Position numbers and translations under genes: made by a program
Source of the DNA: Chloroflexota bacterium
Lineage (GTDB): Bacteria > Chloroflexota > Limnocylindria > Limnocylindrales > CSP1-4
NCBI GenBank assembly: GCA_021790375.1
Contig: JAJYEB010000001.1
Location: forward strand, 1-24,265
Direction of reading: 5' to 3'
DNA: 24,265 nucleotides
Part shown: piece after piece, positions 10,109-17,381 of the stretch
Layout: the number at the start of each line of letters is the position of its first letter
Numbering within the stretch: the stretch's first letter is position 1
The notes under the pieces: generated by a model
Told to the model about the DNA's origin: nothing
Seen by the model: only the letters and a program-made list of their open reading frames with translations
Database searches by the model: none

Positions 10109-11371
10109 TCAGTCGCCGTCGTAGCGCTTGAAGATCACCGCCCCGTTGTGGCCGCCGAGCCCGACGTTCTCGGACATGGCGTACCGGATGCGCATCGGCC
10201 GGGCGGTGGTCGAGATGTTGAGCTGGATCTCCGGGTCGGGGTCACGGTAGTTGATGGTGGGGGGCACGACCTGGTGGTACACGCTGAGCACCGTGGCGAG
10301 CCCTTCGAACGATCCGGCGGCACCCATCATGTGCCCGGTCATCGACTTCGTGGCACTGATCGCGATGTCCGCGGTGTGGTCGCCGAAGACGCGGTGGAAG
10401 GCCTGGGACTCGGCCAGGTCTCCCAGCGGGGTGGACGTGCCGTGCGGGTTGATCATGTCGATCTCGTCGGCCGGGACCCCACGACGGGCCAGGGCCATCT
10501 CCATCGCCCGCGCCACGCCGTCGCCGCCCTCGATCGGCTGGATCAGGTCCCAGGCGTCGTTGGTCGAGCCGTAGCCCACGACCTCGGCGTAGATCCTCGC
10601 CCCGCGAGCCTTCGCGAGCTCCAGGTCCTCCAGCACCAGGGCGGCCGCGCCCTCGCCCAGGATGAACCCGTTGCGGGTCAGGTCGAACGGCCGCGACACG
10701 GTCTGGATCGGCTCCCCGGGCCGGGGCGACCCGATCCCGCGCATGTTCCCGAAACCCACCCAGACCATCTCGTAGATGGGCGACTCGGTGGAGCCGGCGA
10801 TCACCGCGGTGCAGTCGCCGCGGCGGATGGCCTCGGCGGCCTCGCCGATCGAGTGCGTGCCGGTCGAGCAGGCAGTGACGACGGCCATGTTGTGGCCGCG
10901 GATGCCGGTCTCGATCGCGATCTGGCCGGACGCGGTGTCCACCAGCATGTTGGCGATGAAGAACGGGCTGACCAGCCGCGCGCCCTTCGTGTCCCAGGTT
11001 TCCTTGTTGTCCATCATGAGCTTCGGCTCGCCGGCACCCGACGCGAAGATGATGCCGATGTCGTCGCGGTTGTCCGGCGTGACCTCGATGCCCGAGTCGG
11101 CCAGCGCCTGCTTCGCGGCGGCCACCCCGAACTGGACGTTGAGCCCGGTGCGGCGGGCGGCCTTGAAGTCCATCCAGTCGCGCGCCTCGAAGCCCTTGAC
11201 CTCGCCGGCGGCGTTCGATTCGTAGGCGGAGGCGTCGAAGCGGGTGATCGGGGCGAGCCCGCTGCAGCCGCCGGCCAGGTTCTTCCAGACGGTGTCCACG
11301 TCGTTGCCCACCGGGCTGACGGTGCCGAGACCGGTGACGGCGACGCGGCGGTTGTAGTCAGGGCGACGCAT
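10109..11371 (-). CDS. fabF: Beta-ketoacyl-ACP synthase II, paralogue B
   Basis: VAVTGLGTVSPVG; triad TACSTG, PHGTSTPLGD and KSMTGHMMGAAG; divergent C-terminal ENVGLGGHN. Confidence 0.93.
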   Translation of the reverse strand: MRRPDYNRRVAVTGLGTVSPVGNDVDTVWKNLAGGCSGLAPITRFDASAYESNAAGEVKGFEARDWMDFKAARRTGLNVQFGVAAAKQALADSGIEVTPDNRDDIGIIFASGAGEPKLMMDNKETWDTKGARLVSPFFIANMLVDTASGQIAIETGIRGHNMAVVTACSTGTHSIGEAAEAIRRGDCTAVIAGSTESPIYEMVWVGFGNMRGIGSPRPGEPIQTVSRPFDLTRNGFILGEGAAALVLEDLELAKARGARIYAEVVGYGSTNDAWDLIQPIEGGDGVARAMEMALARRGVPADEIDMINPHGTSTPLGDLAESQAFHRVFGDHTADIAISATKSMTGHMMGAAGSFEGLATVLSVYHQVVPPTINYRDPDPEIQLNISTTARPMRIRYAMSENVGLGGHNGAVIFKRYDGD

Positions 11372-11422
11372 GGTTCGGGGCTCTCCTGTGGGCAGGGTGG
11401 GCGAACGGTTGGCGAGGGACGG

Positions 11423-12412
11423 TCATCTGGCGGGGGCCGCGGCGGAGCCGGGGTCGGGCTGGATCGCCGGGACCGCGAGCCTGCCCGGCGCATCGGGCTC
11501 GTCGAGGGCCACGGAGGCGGCATCCAGCGCGATGCGTTTCCCCAGGCCGGTCAGGACCCTGCCCGGCCCGATCTCGACGAACATGGACACGCCGGCGGCG
11601 GACATCGCCCGGACGGCGGCCACCCAGTCGACGCCGGTGGTAAGGTGCTCGACCAGCTCGGCCCGGCAGGCCTCGCCGGTGGTCAGCGGGCTGCCGTCCG
11701 CGTTGGCCAGCAGGGGGGCGACTGGGTCGTGGAAGGGGACCGCTGCGAGGGCGGCCCGCATGCCGGCGGCCGCCTCGGACATCAGTGGAGAGTGGGCCGC
11801 GACGCTGACCGGCAGGGTCACCGCGCGTCGAGCGCCCAGCCCCCTGGCGGCGGCCACCGCGGCATCCACCGCGGCGCGCTCGCCGGAGACCACGACCTGG
11901 CCCGGGGAGTTGAGGTTCGCGATCGTGAAGATCCCGGCCGCGCTGCCGGCGGCCCTGACGTCCGGAAGGCGCTCGTCGTCGAGGCCGATGATCGCCGCCA
12001 TCGCGCCGTCCCGGCCCTGGCCGGACGCCTGCATCTGGCGCCCGCGCTCGCGCACCAGGCGAACGCCGTCCGACACCGAGATCACGCCCGCGGCGACCAT
12101 CGCGGAGTACTGGCCCATGGAATGGCCGGCATAGAAGGCGGGGGCGAGCGGCCCGGTTCCCGTGGCCGCGAGGCGTTCGTCGAGTGCCCGCAGGTAGGCG
12201 ATCGAGGTGGCCAGGAGGGCGGGCTGCGCGTTCACCGTCAGGTCCAGGTCGGCCGACTGGCCGGACCAGGCGAGGGTCGACAGTGGCTCTCCGAGCGCCG
12301 CGTCCGCCTCGGCGAAGACCGCGGCCGCCGCCGGCGACGCCTCGGCCAGTGCCTTCCCCATGCCGACGTACTGCGATCCCTGTCCCGGGAAGACGAACGC
12401 GACGGTGCCCAT
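11423..12412 (-). CDS. fabD: Malonyl-CoA:ACP transacylase
   Basis: FVFPGQGSQYVGMG, AQPALL, catalytic GHSMG, NLNSPGQVVVSG, VSVAAHSPLM and EIGPG. ATG 12412 has a GGAGGG Shine-Dalgarno. Confidence 0.96.
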   Translation of the reverse strand: MGTVAFVFPGQGSQYVGMGKALAEASPAAAAVFAEADAALGEPLSTLAWSGQSADLDLTVNAQPALLATSIAYLRALDERLAATGTGPLAPAFYAGHSMGQYSAMVAAGVISVSDGVRLVRERGRQMQASGQGRDGAMAAIIGLDDERLPDVRAAGSAAGIFTIANLNSPGQVVVSGERAAVDAAVAAARGLGARRAVTLPVSVAAHSPLMSEAAAGMRAALAAVPFHDPVAPLLANADGSPLTTGEACRAELVEHLTTGVDWVAAVRAMSAAGVSMFVEIGPGRVLTGLGKRIALDAASVALDEPDAPGRLAVPAIQPDPGSAAAPAR

Positions 12413-12520
12413 GTCCCTCCCTCTGGTACACGGGTCGTGCGGCGGACACGCCGCGACATCGGCCAGTGCGCGCACACGGTACCAGCCATGAGGGCGATCG
12501 GGCCGAATTCGTGTGCATCT

Positions 12521-12549
12521 CTGCATGGATGGGCGGCCGTAGATATGCT
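12521..12549 (+). promoter_or_regulatory. Candidate sigma70-type promoter for a leaderless marR transcript
   Basis: CTGCAT-N17-TATGCT, with the in-frame ATG 7 nt after the -10 and no Shine-Dalgarno. Confidence 0.5.
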
Positions 12550-12556
12550 TCGGGCC

Positions 12557-13171
12557 ATGGATGTCCCGGGGCGCATGAGCAACGGCGGTGCGGCGGTCAG
12601 GCAGGCGGCACGCGGTGATGCCGGGGCACGCGGTGATGCCGGGGCGCATGGCTCGGCGGCCGATGTCCTGATGAGCCGGGTCGTCGAGGCGGCCGGTGCG
12701 GAGCTGCAGAACCCGCGCCAGCTCTCGGACCGCATCGCGATGGGACGGGCGCTCTGGCGCGAGCTGGTGATCGGGTTCGCGGGCCAGCTCTCCGAGCTGC
12801 ACCTGGGGTTCACCCAGCTGGCCGCGCTCTACGCCGTGGCGGGTGCCGTCACCGTCACGGTCGGCGACCTGTCCGCGTACCTCGGTCGCTCGCCGTCGGC
12901 GACGAGCCGGCTGGTATCCGGGCTCGAACGACGCGGCCTGCTGGCGCGCCACGAGGAGCAGGCCGATCGACGGGAGCGCACCCTGGCACTGACCGAGGCG
13001 GGCGCCGCGCTGCTCGGCCAGGTCGATCGGGCCAGGGCCGAGCAGTTTCTCGCGGTGGTTCGGCCGCTCCCGGCCGCGGAGCGCGCGCTGGTGGCAATGG
13101 GCGTGGCGGCGCTCGCGGAGCGCGCGATCACGCGGCGCGGGAAGCTGATCAAGGCCGGCCTGGGCGGGTAG
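12557..13171 (+). CDS. MarR-family transcriptional regulator
   Basis: Winged-helix pattern LGFTQLAAL...VGDLSAYLGRSPSATSRLVSGLERRGLL...DRR-RTLALTEAG. Start uncertain (12557, 12575 or 12671); 12557 chosen from the -10 spacing. Confidence 0.9.
   Translation: MDVPGRMSNGGAAVRQAARGDAGARGDAGAHGSAADVLMSRVVEAAGAELQNPRQLSDRIAMGRALWRELVIGFAGQLSELHLGFTQLAALYAVAGAVTVTVGDLSAYLGRSPSATSRLVSGLERRGLLARHEEQADRRERTLALTEAGAALLGQVDRARAEQFLAVVRPLPAAERALVAMGVAALAERAITRRGKLIKAGLGG
12608..12645. repeat. Exact 18-bp tandem duplication (ARGDAG twice)
   Basis: gcacgcggtgatgccggg occurs twice in the marR 5' region. Confidence 0.9.
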
Positions 13172-13188
13172 CGCCGGGCGCGTCCGGT

Positions 13189-13671
13189 CTAGCGGTCGGT
13201 GTGCCCGGTGTAGACCAGGTTGTCGTAGAGGCTCGCGATGTACCCGGGGGTCACCACGGCCGGCGGCGTCGGCGGCGGACACTCGTAGAAGGAGCTGAGA
13301 TCTGCCGCCCACGTGAAGGCCCCCGTATCGGGGTTGAACGTGGCGGTCCAGATGGCGAGTGTCATGGTGACCGTGTCGTCCGCTGCCGCGACCTGGTACT
13401 GGCCGTGGCCGGTGGACATGTGGTGCGCACCGTCGTACCAGGCGTGGACCGTCACGGTCGCGGTGCGGTCGTTGCCGAGGTTGAGCGTCCAGGTTCCGGT
13501 CACCTGATGTGGCGGCGGTTTGATCGGCACCGTCGGGGTCTCGCTCGTGCTGCAGTAGAAGGAGCCGCCATCGAACACGCCCTTGTAGGTGGCGCCCCTG
13601 CTCTCCGCCGCCACCGGCGCGACCAGCGCGAATGCGATGAGCAGGGCCATTGGCAACGCGAATCTGCGCAT
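13189..13671 (-). CDS. Secreted hypothetical protein (160 aa)
   Basis: Sec-type signal peptide MRRFALPMALLIAFALVAPVAA, GGAGGG Shine-Dalgarno, and a beta-rich Thr/aromatic composition unlike the shadow ORFs. Confidence 0.85.
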   Translation of the reverse strand: MRRFALPMALLIAFALVAPVAAESRGATYKGVFDGGSFYCSTSETPTVPIKPPPHQVTGTWTLNLGNDRTATVTVHAWYDGAHHMSTGHGQYQVAAADDTVTMTLAIWTATFNPDTGAFTWAADLSSFYECPPPTPPAVVTPGYIASLYDNLVYTGHTDR

Positions 13672-13690
13672 GTTCCATCCCTCCGCTCGA

Positions 13691-13724
13691 CGTGCCCCGG
13701 TGCCGTGCCCCGGTGCCGTGCCCC
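13691..13724. repeat. 13-bp tandem repeat, about 2.6 copies, in the leader of the secreted-protein gene
   Basis: cgtgccccggtgc twice, plus cgtgcccc. Confidence 0.85.
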
Positions 13725-13770
13725 CGCGCGGCAGCCCGGCGCGTCGATCGACAGCACCATCCCGTACGTG

Positions 13771-13792
13771 CCGTTCCCCGGGCGTTCCCCGA
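13771..13792 (-). promoter_or_regulatory. Putative SARP-type operator, copy 1 (two CGGGGAACG direct repeats, 11-bp period)
   Basis: Minus strand reads tcggggaacgcccggggaacgg, 20/22 identical to 17043-17064. It points toward the secreted-protein gene, with GATGGT 10 nt after the second 9-mer. Confidence 0.65.
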
Positions 13793-13900
13793 ATCGCCTG
13801 TTCGCCGGGTGACGGCGTCGCTTCGGCGGCCGCGACTCCCTGTCCTCGCAGGGTCTGTTTGGCACGTCCCAGGTGACGCTGCGGTCGCTAGCCTCTCGAC

Positions 13901-16900
13901 ATGGTCAGCGCGGCGGCGCGCGGCCGACGGCCCTCGGCTGGGCCGGCCTCACCCATCCAGGCGCGTGTGCTCGGCGGGTTCGAGGTGACGGTGGCCGGCC
14001 GCGTCGTGTCGCGCGCGGCCTGGCAACGCGTGTCGGCGGAGCGGCTCGTCAAGCTGCTTCTCGTGACGCCGGGACATCGTGTTACCCGCGAAGCCGCGGC
14101 GGAGATCCTGTGGCCCGACGCGGCAGCCCAGGCGAGCCGCGCGAACCTGCGCAAGGCGGTCTACTTCGCCCACGACGCACTGGGGAGCGGGGACGCGCTG
14201 GTCGTTGACGTCCGATCCGTCGGGTTCGAACCCGATCGGCTCGACCTCGATCTCGACAGGCTCCAGGAGGCGTTCCGGGTGCTCTCCACCGGCGCGGCAG
14301 CGCCCGGTCAGGACGGTCGGTCGGGGGAGCTCGATCGCGCGACCGAGGTCGTGCTGGACCTCGGATCGCGCGAGCTGCTGCCGGACGATCCCTACGAGGA
14401 CTGGCTGTTCGCTCCCCGGGAACGTCTCCGCAGCCGCTGGCAGACCGTCGCGCTGGCGGCGGCGCGGCACGCCCACGAGTCCGGACGGACAGCCGAGGCC
14501 CATGAACTGGCCGGCCGGCTGCTCGACCGCGACCCGACCGACGAGGCGGCCCACCGCCTGGCCATCGAGCTGTATGCGGCCGAGGGGCGCCATCACGCCG
14601 CGCGCCGGCAGTTGGAGCTGTGTCGCGCGGCGCTGCGGGAGAACCTGGACGTGGACCCGTCGCCCGCGACGGAGGCGCTGCTCCGGGCGGCCGTGGCGAA
14701 GGCCGAGCGCGCAGGGACCGAACCGCCCGTTCCCCGGCTCGTCGCGCGCCACGAAGAGCTCCAGCAGATCGAGCCGCTGCTCGACCGCGTCGCGGCCGGA
14801 CAGCTCGCTGCCCTGGTGATCAGGGGGCCGGCGGGGATCGGCAAGTCCCGCCTGCTGCGGGAAGTCGTGTCGTACGCGCGGGCCGCCGGATGGAGCGTGA
14901 CCGAGTGGCAGGCGGTGGAGGCCACGCGGTCGCTGGCGTATGGCCCGTTCCGGATCGGGCTGGCCGGATCCCTCGGTCCGGGGGAACTGGCGTTGCTGGA
15001 GGATCCCGCGTCCAGCGCCATCGCGACCGTGCTCCCGTGGCTGGGCGTGCCCCCGCAGGTGGAGTTCGCCGAGCGGCAGGCGCTGGTGTCCGCGCTCGTG
15101 ACCGCGCTGGGGCGGCTCGCCGCGCGCCGCCCTGCGGTCATCGCCGTGGACGACCTTCCCTGGCTCGACCGGGCGTCGCTCGAGACGCTCGGTGCCGTCG
15201 TGTCCGGGCTCTCGAATGCGCCGATCCTGCTGGCCACGACGTACCGGGACGATGAGCCGACCGGCGAGGCACCCGCGGCGCTGGTCGACCAGATCCGGCG
15301 TGCCGGAGGCCTCGAGCTTACGCTGGGTCCGCTGGCGCCACGCGACATGGAGCCGCTGCTGCTCGGGCACCTCGGCGGCGAGTCGGTCGAGCCCCGCCTC
15401 GCCCGGCTGGCCCACGAGCACAGTGCCGGCAACCCGCTCTTCTGCCTGGAGCTGCTGCGGGCCGCGCGTGACCACGGGCGAGTCCGGCTCGACGGGGGTC
15501 GGTGGGCCATCGCGTCGGGGTCGGTCGCGGACGAGATCCCCGACAGCGTCCGGCGGCTTGTCGCGGGCCGCGCCACCAGGCTGCCGGAAGCGGCAAGGGA
15601 TCTCCTGGCCGCGGTGGCCGAGCTCGGCGGCGGGGTGTCCTTCGACACGCTCGCGGCGATGCTGCCGGACCCGCCGGGCGGGCTCGTGGCCGCGCTCGAC
15701 AGGGCGCTCGAGTCGGGGCTGCTGGTCGAACGGGGGACCGGCTACGCGTTCGCCCATCCCCTCTTTCGCCTGGTGGTACGTGGATCGGTCCCACCCAGCC
15801 GTCGCGGCGCCTTCCACCTCGCGGCAGCCCGAGCCCTCGCCGGCGTCGGCCCGGAGGCGTCCGCAGAGGATCTGTGCGTGGCGGCGGCCGCGAGCGCCGA
15901 CCCGGCAGGCATCGCCGATCATGCGCTGGCCGCCTGCGAACTGGGGATCGAGGGCGCCGTGCCCCTCGCCATTGCCTATGGATTCGAGGGGGGCGAGCGA
16001 GAGGCTCGGGTGTTCGATCACGCCGCCGCGATCGGCCTGCTCGAGCGCGCCCTCGCCGCCTGGAGGCGTCTGCCGTCGGGAGATGCCTCCGCCTACCGGG
16101 CGAGCGCGGCGTATGCGCGGCTCGGCGCCCAGTACCTGCTCCTCGGCGACGAGCCGGCGGCGACGGCGGCCTGCCGCAACGCCATCGCCGCTGCCCGGAC
16201 GCCCGATGAGCTGGTGCAGGCCTACGTCGCGCTGAGGTACATCTCGTACCGGCACGGCGACTTCGAGGCAGGACTGTCCGTCCTGGCCGAGGGTATCGCG
16301 CGGTTGCCGCCCGACGCCACGGCGATGCGGGCCCGCCTGCAGGCCGAGATCGGGTGGTCGCTGGTGCGCCTGCGCCGCCTCCCGGAGGCGCTCGAGGCAC
16401 TGGCGGGGACAGCCGGCATCCTCGAGGACCTGGGCGACCGGCCGGGTGCCATGACGGCGCTGGATTCCCTGGGCGTGCTGCTGCGGATGCTCGGGCGCGT
16501 CGAGGAGTCGATCGTGCAGCTGGAGCGGTCGCTGACCCTCGCACTCGATCTGCACGACTCCCGCGGTGAGCTGTACGCACGCATCCACCTGGTCGGGAGC
16601 CTCACGAGTGCCGGCCACCCGGCTCGGGCGAAGCCGCACGCCGAGCGGTCGCTCGAGCTGGCCCGCATGATGGGCGACCGGTACCTCGAGTCCGTCGCGG
16701 CCTGGATGGCGGCGGAGATGTCGGACTCGCGCGGTGACACGGAGGCGGCCGTCCGTCTCCGACGGCACGAACTCGACCTGCTCGCCGGGATCGGGGGCAA
16801 CGCGCACAACGAGGCGCTCGCGCACGCCCACCTGGCGGTGCTGCTCGGCCGGGCCGGAGATCCCGCGGCAGCCGGGGAGGCAAGCGCGGCGCGCGAGCTG

Positions 16901-16984
16901 GCACGCCGCTCGGAGGAGTCCGGATACCCCGAACGCATCGGCCGGGTCCTCGCGCTGGGCGACTGGAGTGCCCTGGAGGGCTGA
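13901..16984 (+). CDS. AfsR/SARP-like regulator: winged-HTH + BTAD + STAND AAA ATPase + TPR-like repeats
   Basis: N-terminal ARVLGGFEV...LVKLLL...EILWPD...NLRKAVY; BTAD (ELLPDDPYEDWL...RERL...DPTDEAAHRLAIELYAAEGR...PSPAT); Walker A GPAGIGKS; Walker B VIAVDDL; GNPLF; helical repeats at the C-terminus; no C-terminal LuxR HTH. Confidence 0.93.
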   Translation: MVSAAARGRRPSAGPASPIQARVLGGFEVTVAGRVVSRAAWQRVSAERLVKLLLVTPGHRVTREAAAEILWPDAAAQASRANLRKAVYFAHDALGSGDALVVDVRSVGFEPDRLDLDLDRLQEAFRVLSTGAAAPGQDGRSGELDRATEVVLDLGSRELLPDDPYEDWLFAPRERLRSRWQTVALAAARHAHESGRTAEAHELAGRLLDRDPTDEAAHRLAIELYAAEGRHHAARRQLELCRAALRENLDVDPSPATEALLRAAVAKAERAGTEPPVPRLVARHEELQQIEPLLDRVAAGQLAALVIRGPAGIGKSRLLREVVSYARAAGWSVTEWQAVEATRSLAYGPFRIGLAGSLGPGELALLEDPASSAIATVLPWLGVPPQVEFAERQALVSALVTALGRLAARRPAVIAVDDLPWLDRASLETLGAVVSGLSNAPILLATTYRDDEPTGEAPAALVDQIRRAGGLELTLGPLAPRDMEPLLLGHLGGESVEPRLARLAHEHSAGNPLFCLELLRAARDHGRVRLDGGRWAIASGSVADEIPDSVRRLVAGRATRLPEAARDLLAAVAELGGGVSFDTLAAMLPDPPGGLVAALDRALESGLLVERGTGYAFAHPLFRLVVRGSVPPSRRGAFHLAAARALAGVGPEASAEDLCVAAAASADPAGIADHALAACELGIEGAVPLAIAYGFEGGEREARVFDHAAAIGLLERALAAWRRLPSGDASAYRASAAYARLGAQYLLLGDEPAATAACRNAIAAARTPDELVQAYVALRYISYRHGDFEAGLSVLAEGIARLPPDATAMRARLQAEIGWSLVRLRRLPEALEALAGTAGILEDLGDRPGAMTALDSLGVLLRMLGRVEESIVQLERSLTLALDLHDSRGELYARIHLVGSLTSAGHPARAKPHAERSLELARMMGDRYLESVAAWMAAEMSDSRGDTEAAVRLRRHELDLLAGIGGNAHNEALAHAHLAVLLGRAGDPAAAGEASAARELARRSEESGYPERIGRVLALGDWSALEG

Positions 16985-17042
16985 CGGTCACCGGCCCCGA
17001 CGATCGGGCCGATCGATGGCGCCCGGCGTCGACCGCGACGGA

Positions 17043-17064
17043 TCGGGGAACGCCGGAGGAACGG
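17043..17064 (+). promoter_or_regulatory. Putative SARP-type operator, copy 2
   Basis: tcggggaacgccggaggaacgg with GGAACG half-sites at 17047 and 17058. A -10-like GACACT follows 9 nt after the second repeat and lies 6 nt before ATG 17085. Confidence 0.65.
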
Positions 17065-17084
17065 TGCCACTCGACACTGGACGC

Positions 17085-17321
17085 ATGGACGGCTCCCGGT
17101 ATCGATCCTACGTGATCCGCGTCTGGCGTCCGCTGGAGGTGGGGGACGGTGGAATCCGCGTGGCCGTGGAGGAGGTCCAGTCCGGGCGGCAGGTCGAGAT
17201 GCGCGGCAGCGCGGCCGCAGCGCTGGCGTCGGCGGTGGCCGGCGCGTTGCCCTGTCCGGAGGAGCGGCCCGTGGAGGAGCGGACCGCCGTCGGGTCGGCG
17301 ACGGGCATCGTGGAGGAGTGA
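17085..17321 (+). CDS. Small hypothetical protein (78 aa, SYVIRVW motif)
   Basis: The 3' part of ORF 16734..17321 lies in the intergenic gap. YRSYVIRVWR...IRVAVEEVQSG reads as real protein, and it sits just downstream of the conserved box. Confidence 0.72.
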   Translation: MDGSRYRSYVIRVWRPLEVGDGGIRVAVEEVQSGRQVEMRGSAAAALASAVAGALPCPEERPVEERTAVGSATGIVEE

Positions 17322-17381
17322 GGGATCCGTGGGCACGACCGGCGGTGGCGCCGGGCTCGGGGTGACAGGGAGGGACGGTCG

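Noticed and set aside
7964-11371. Type II PKS ketosynthase/chain-length-factor pair
   Set aside because: Both ketosynthases keep the catalytic Cys (a CLF would usually have Gln), both look FabF-like, and no ACP, cyclase or aromatase is present.
10148-12556. 1007-aa plus-strand ORF 10148..13171
   Set aside because: The first 800 or so codons are the antisense shadow of fabF and fabD; only the MarR part from about 12557 looks like real protein.
13949-16831. 960-aa minus-strand ORF and other long overlapping ORFs (e.g. 2295..4046, 2371..4329, 3860..5611, 7649..9271, 16602..18278)
   Set aside because: Arg/Pro/Ala/Gly-rich or antisense in-register shadows of well-supported genes, as expected from stop-codon scarcity at high GC; no family motifs.
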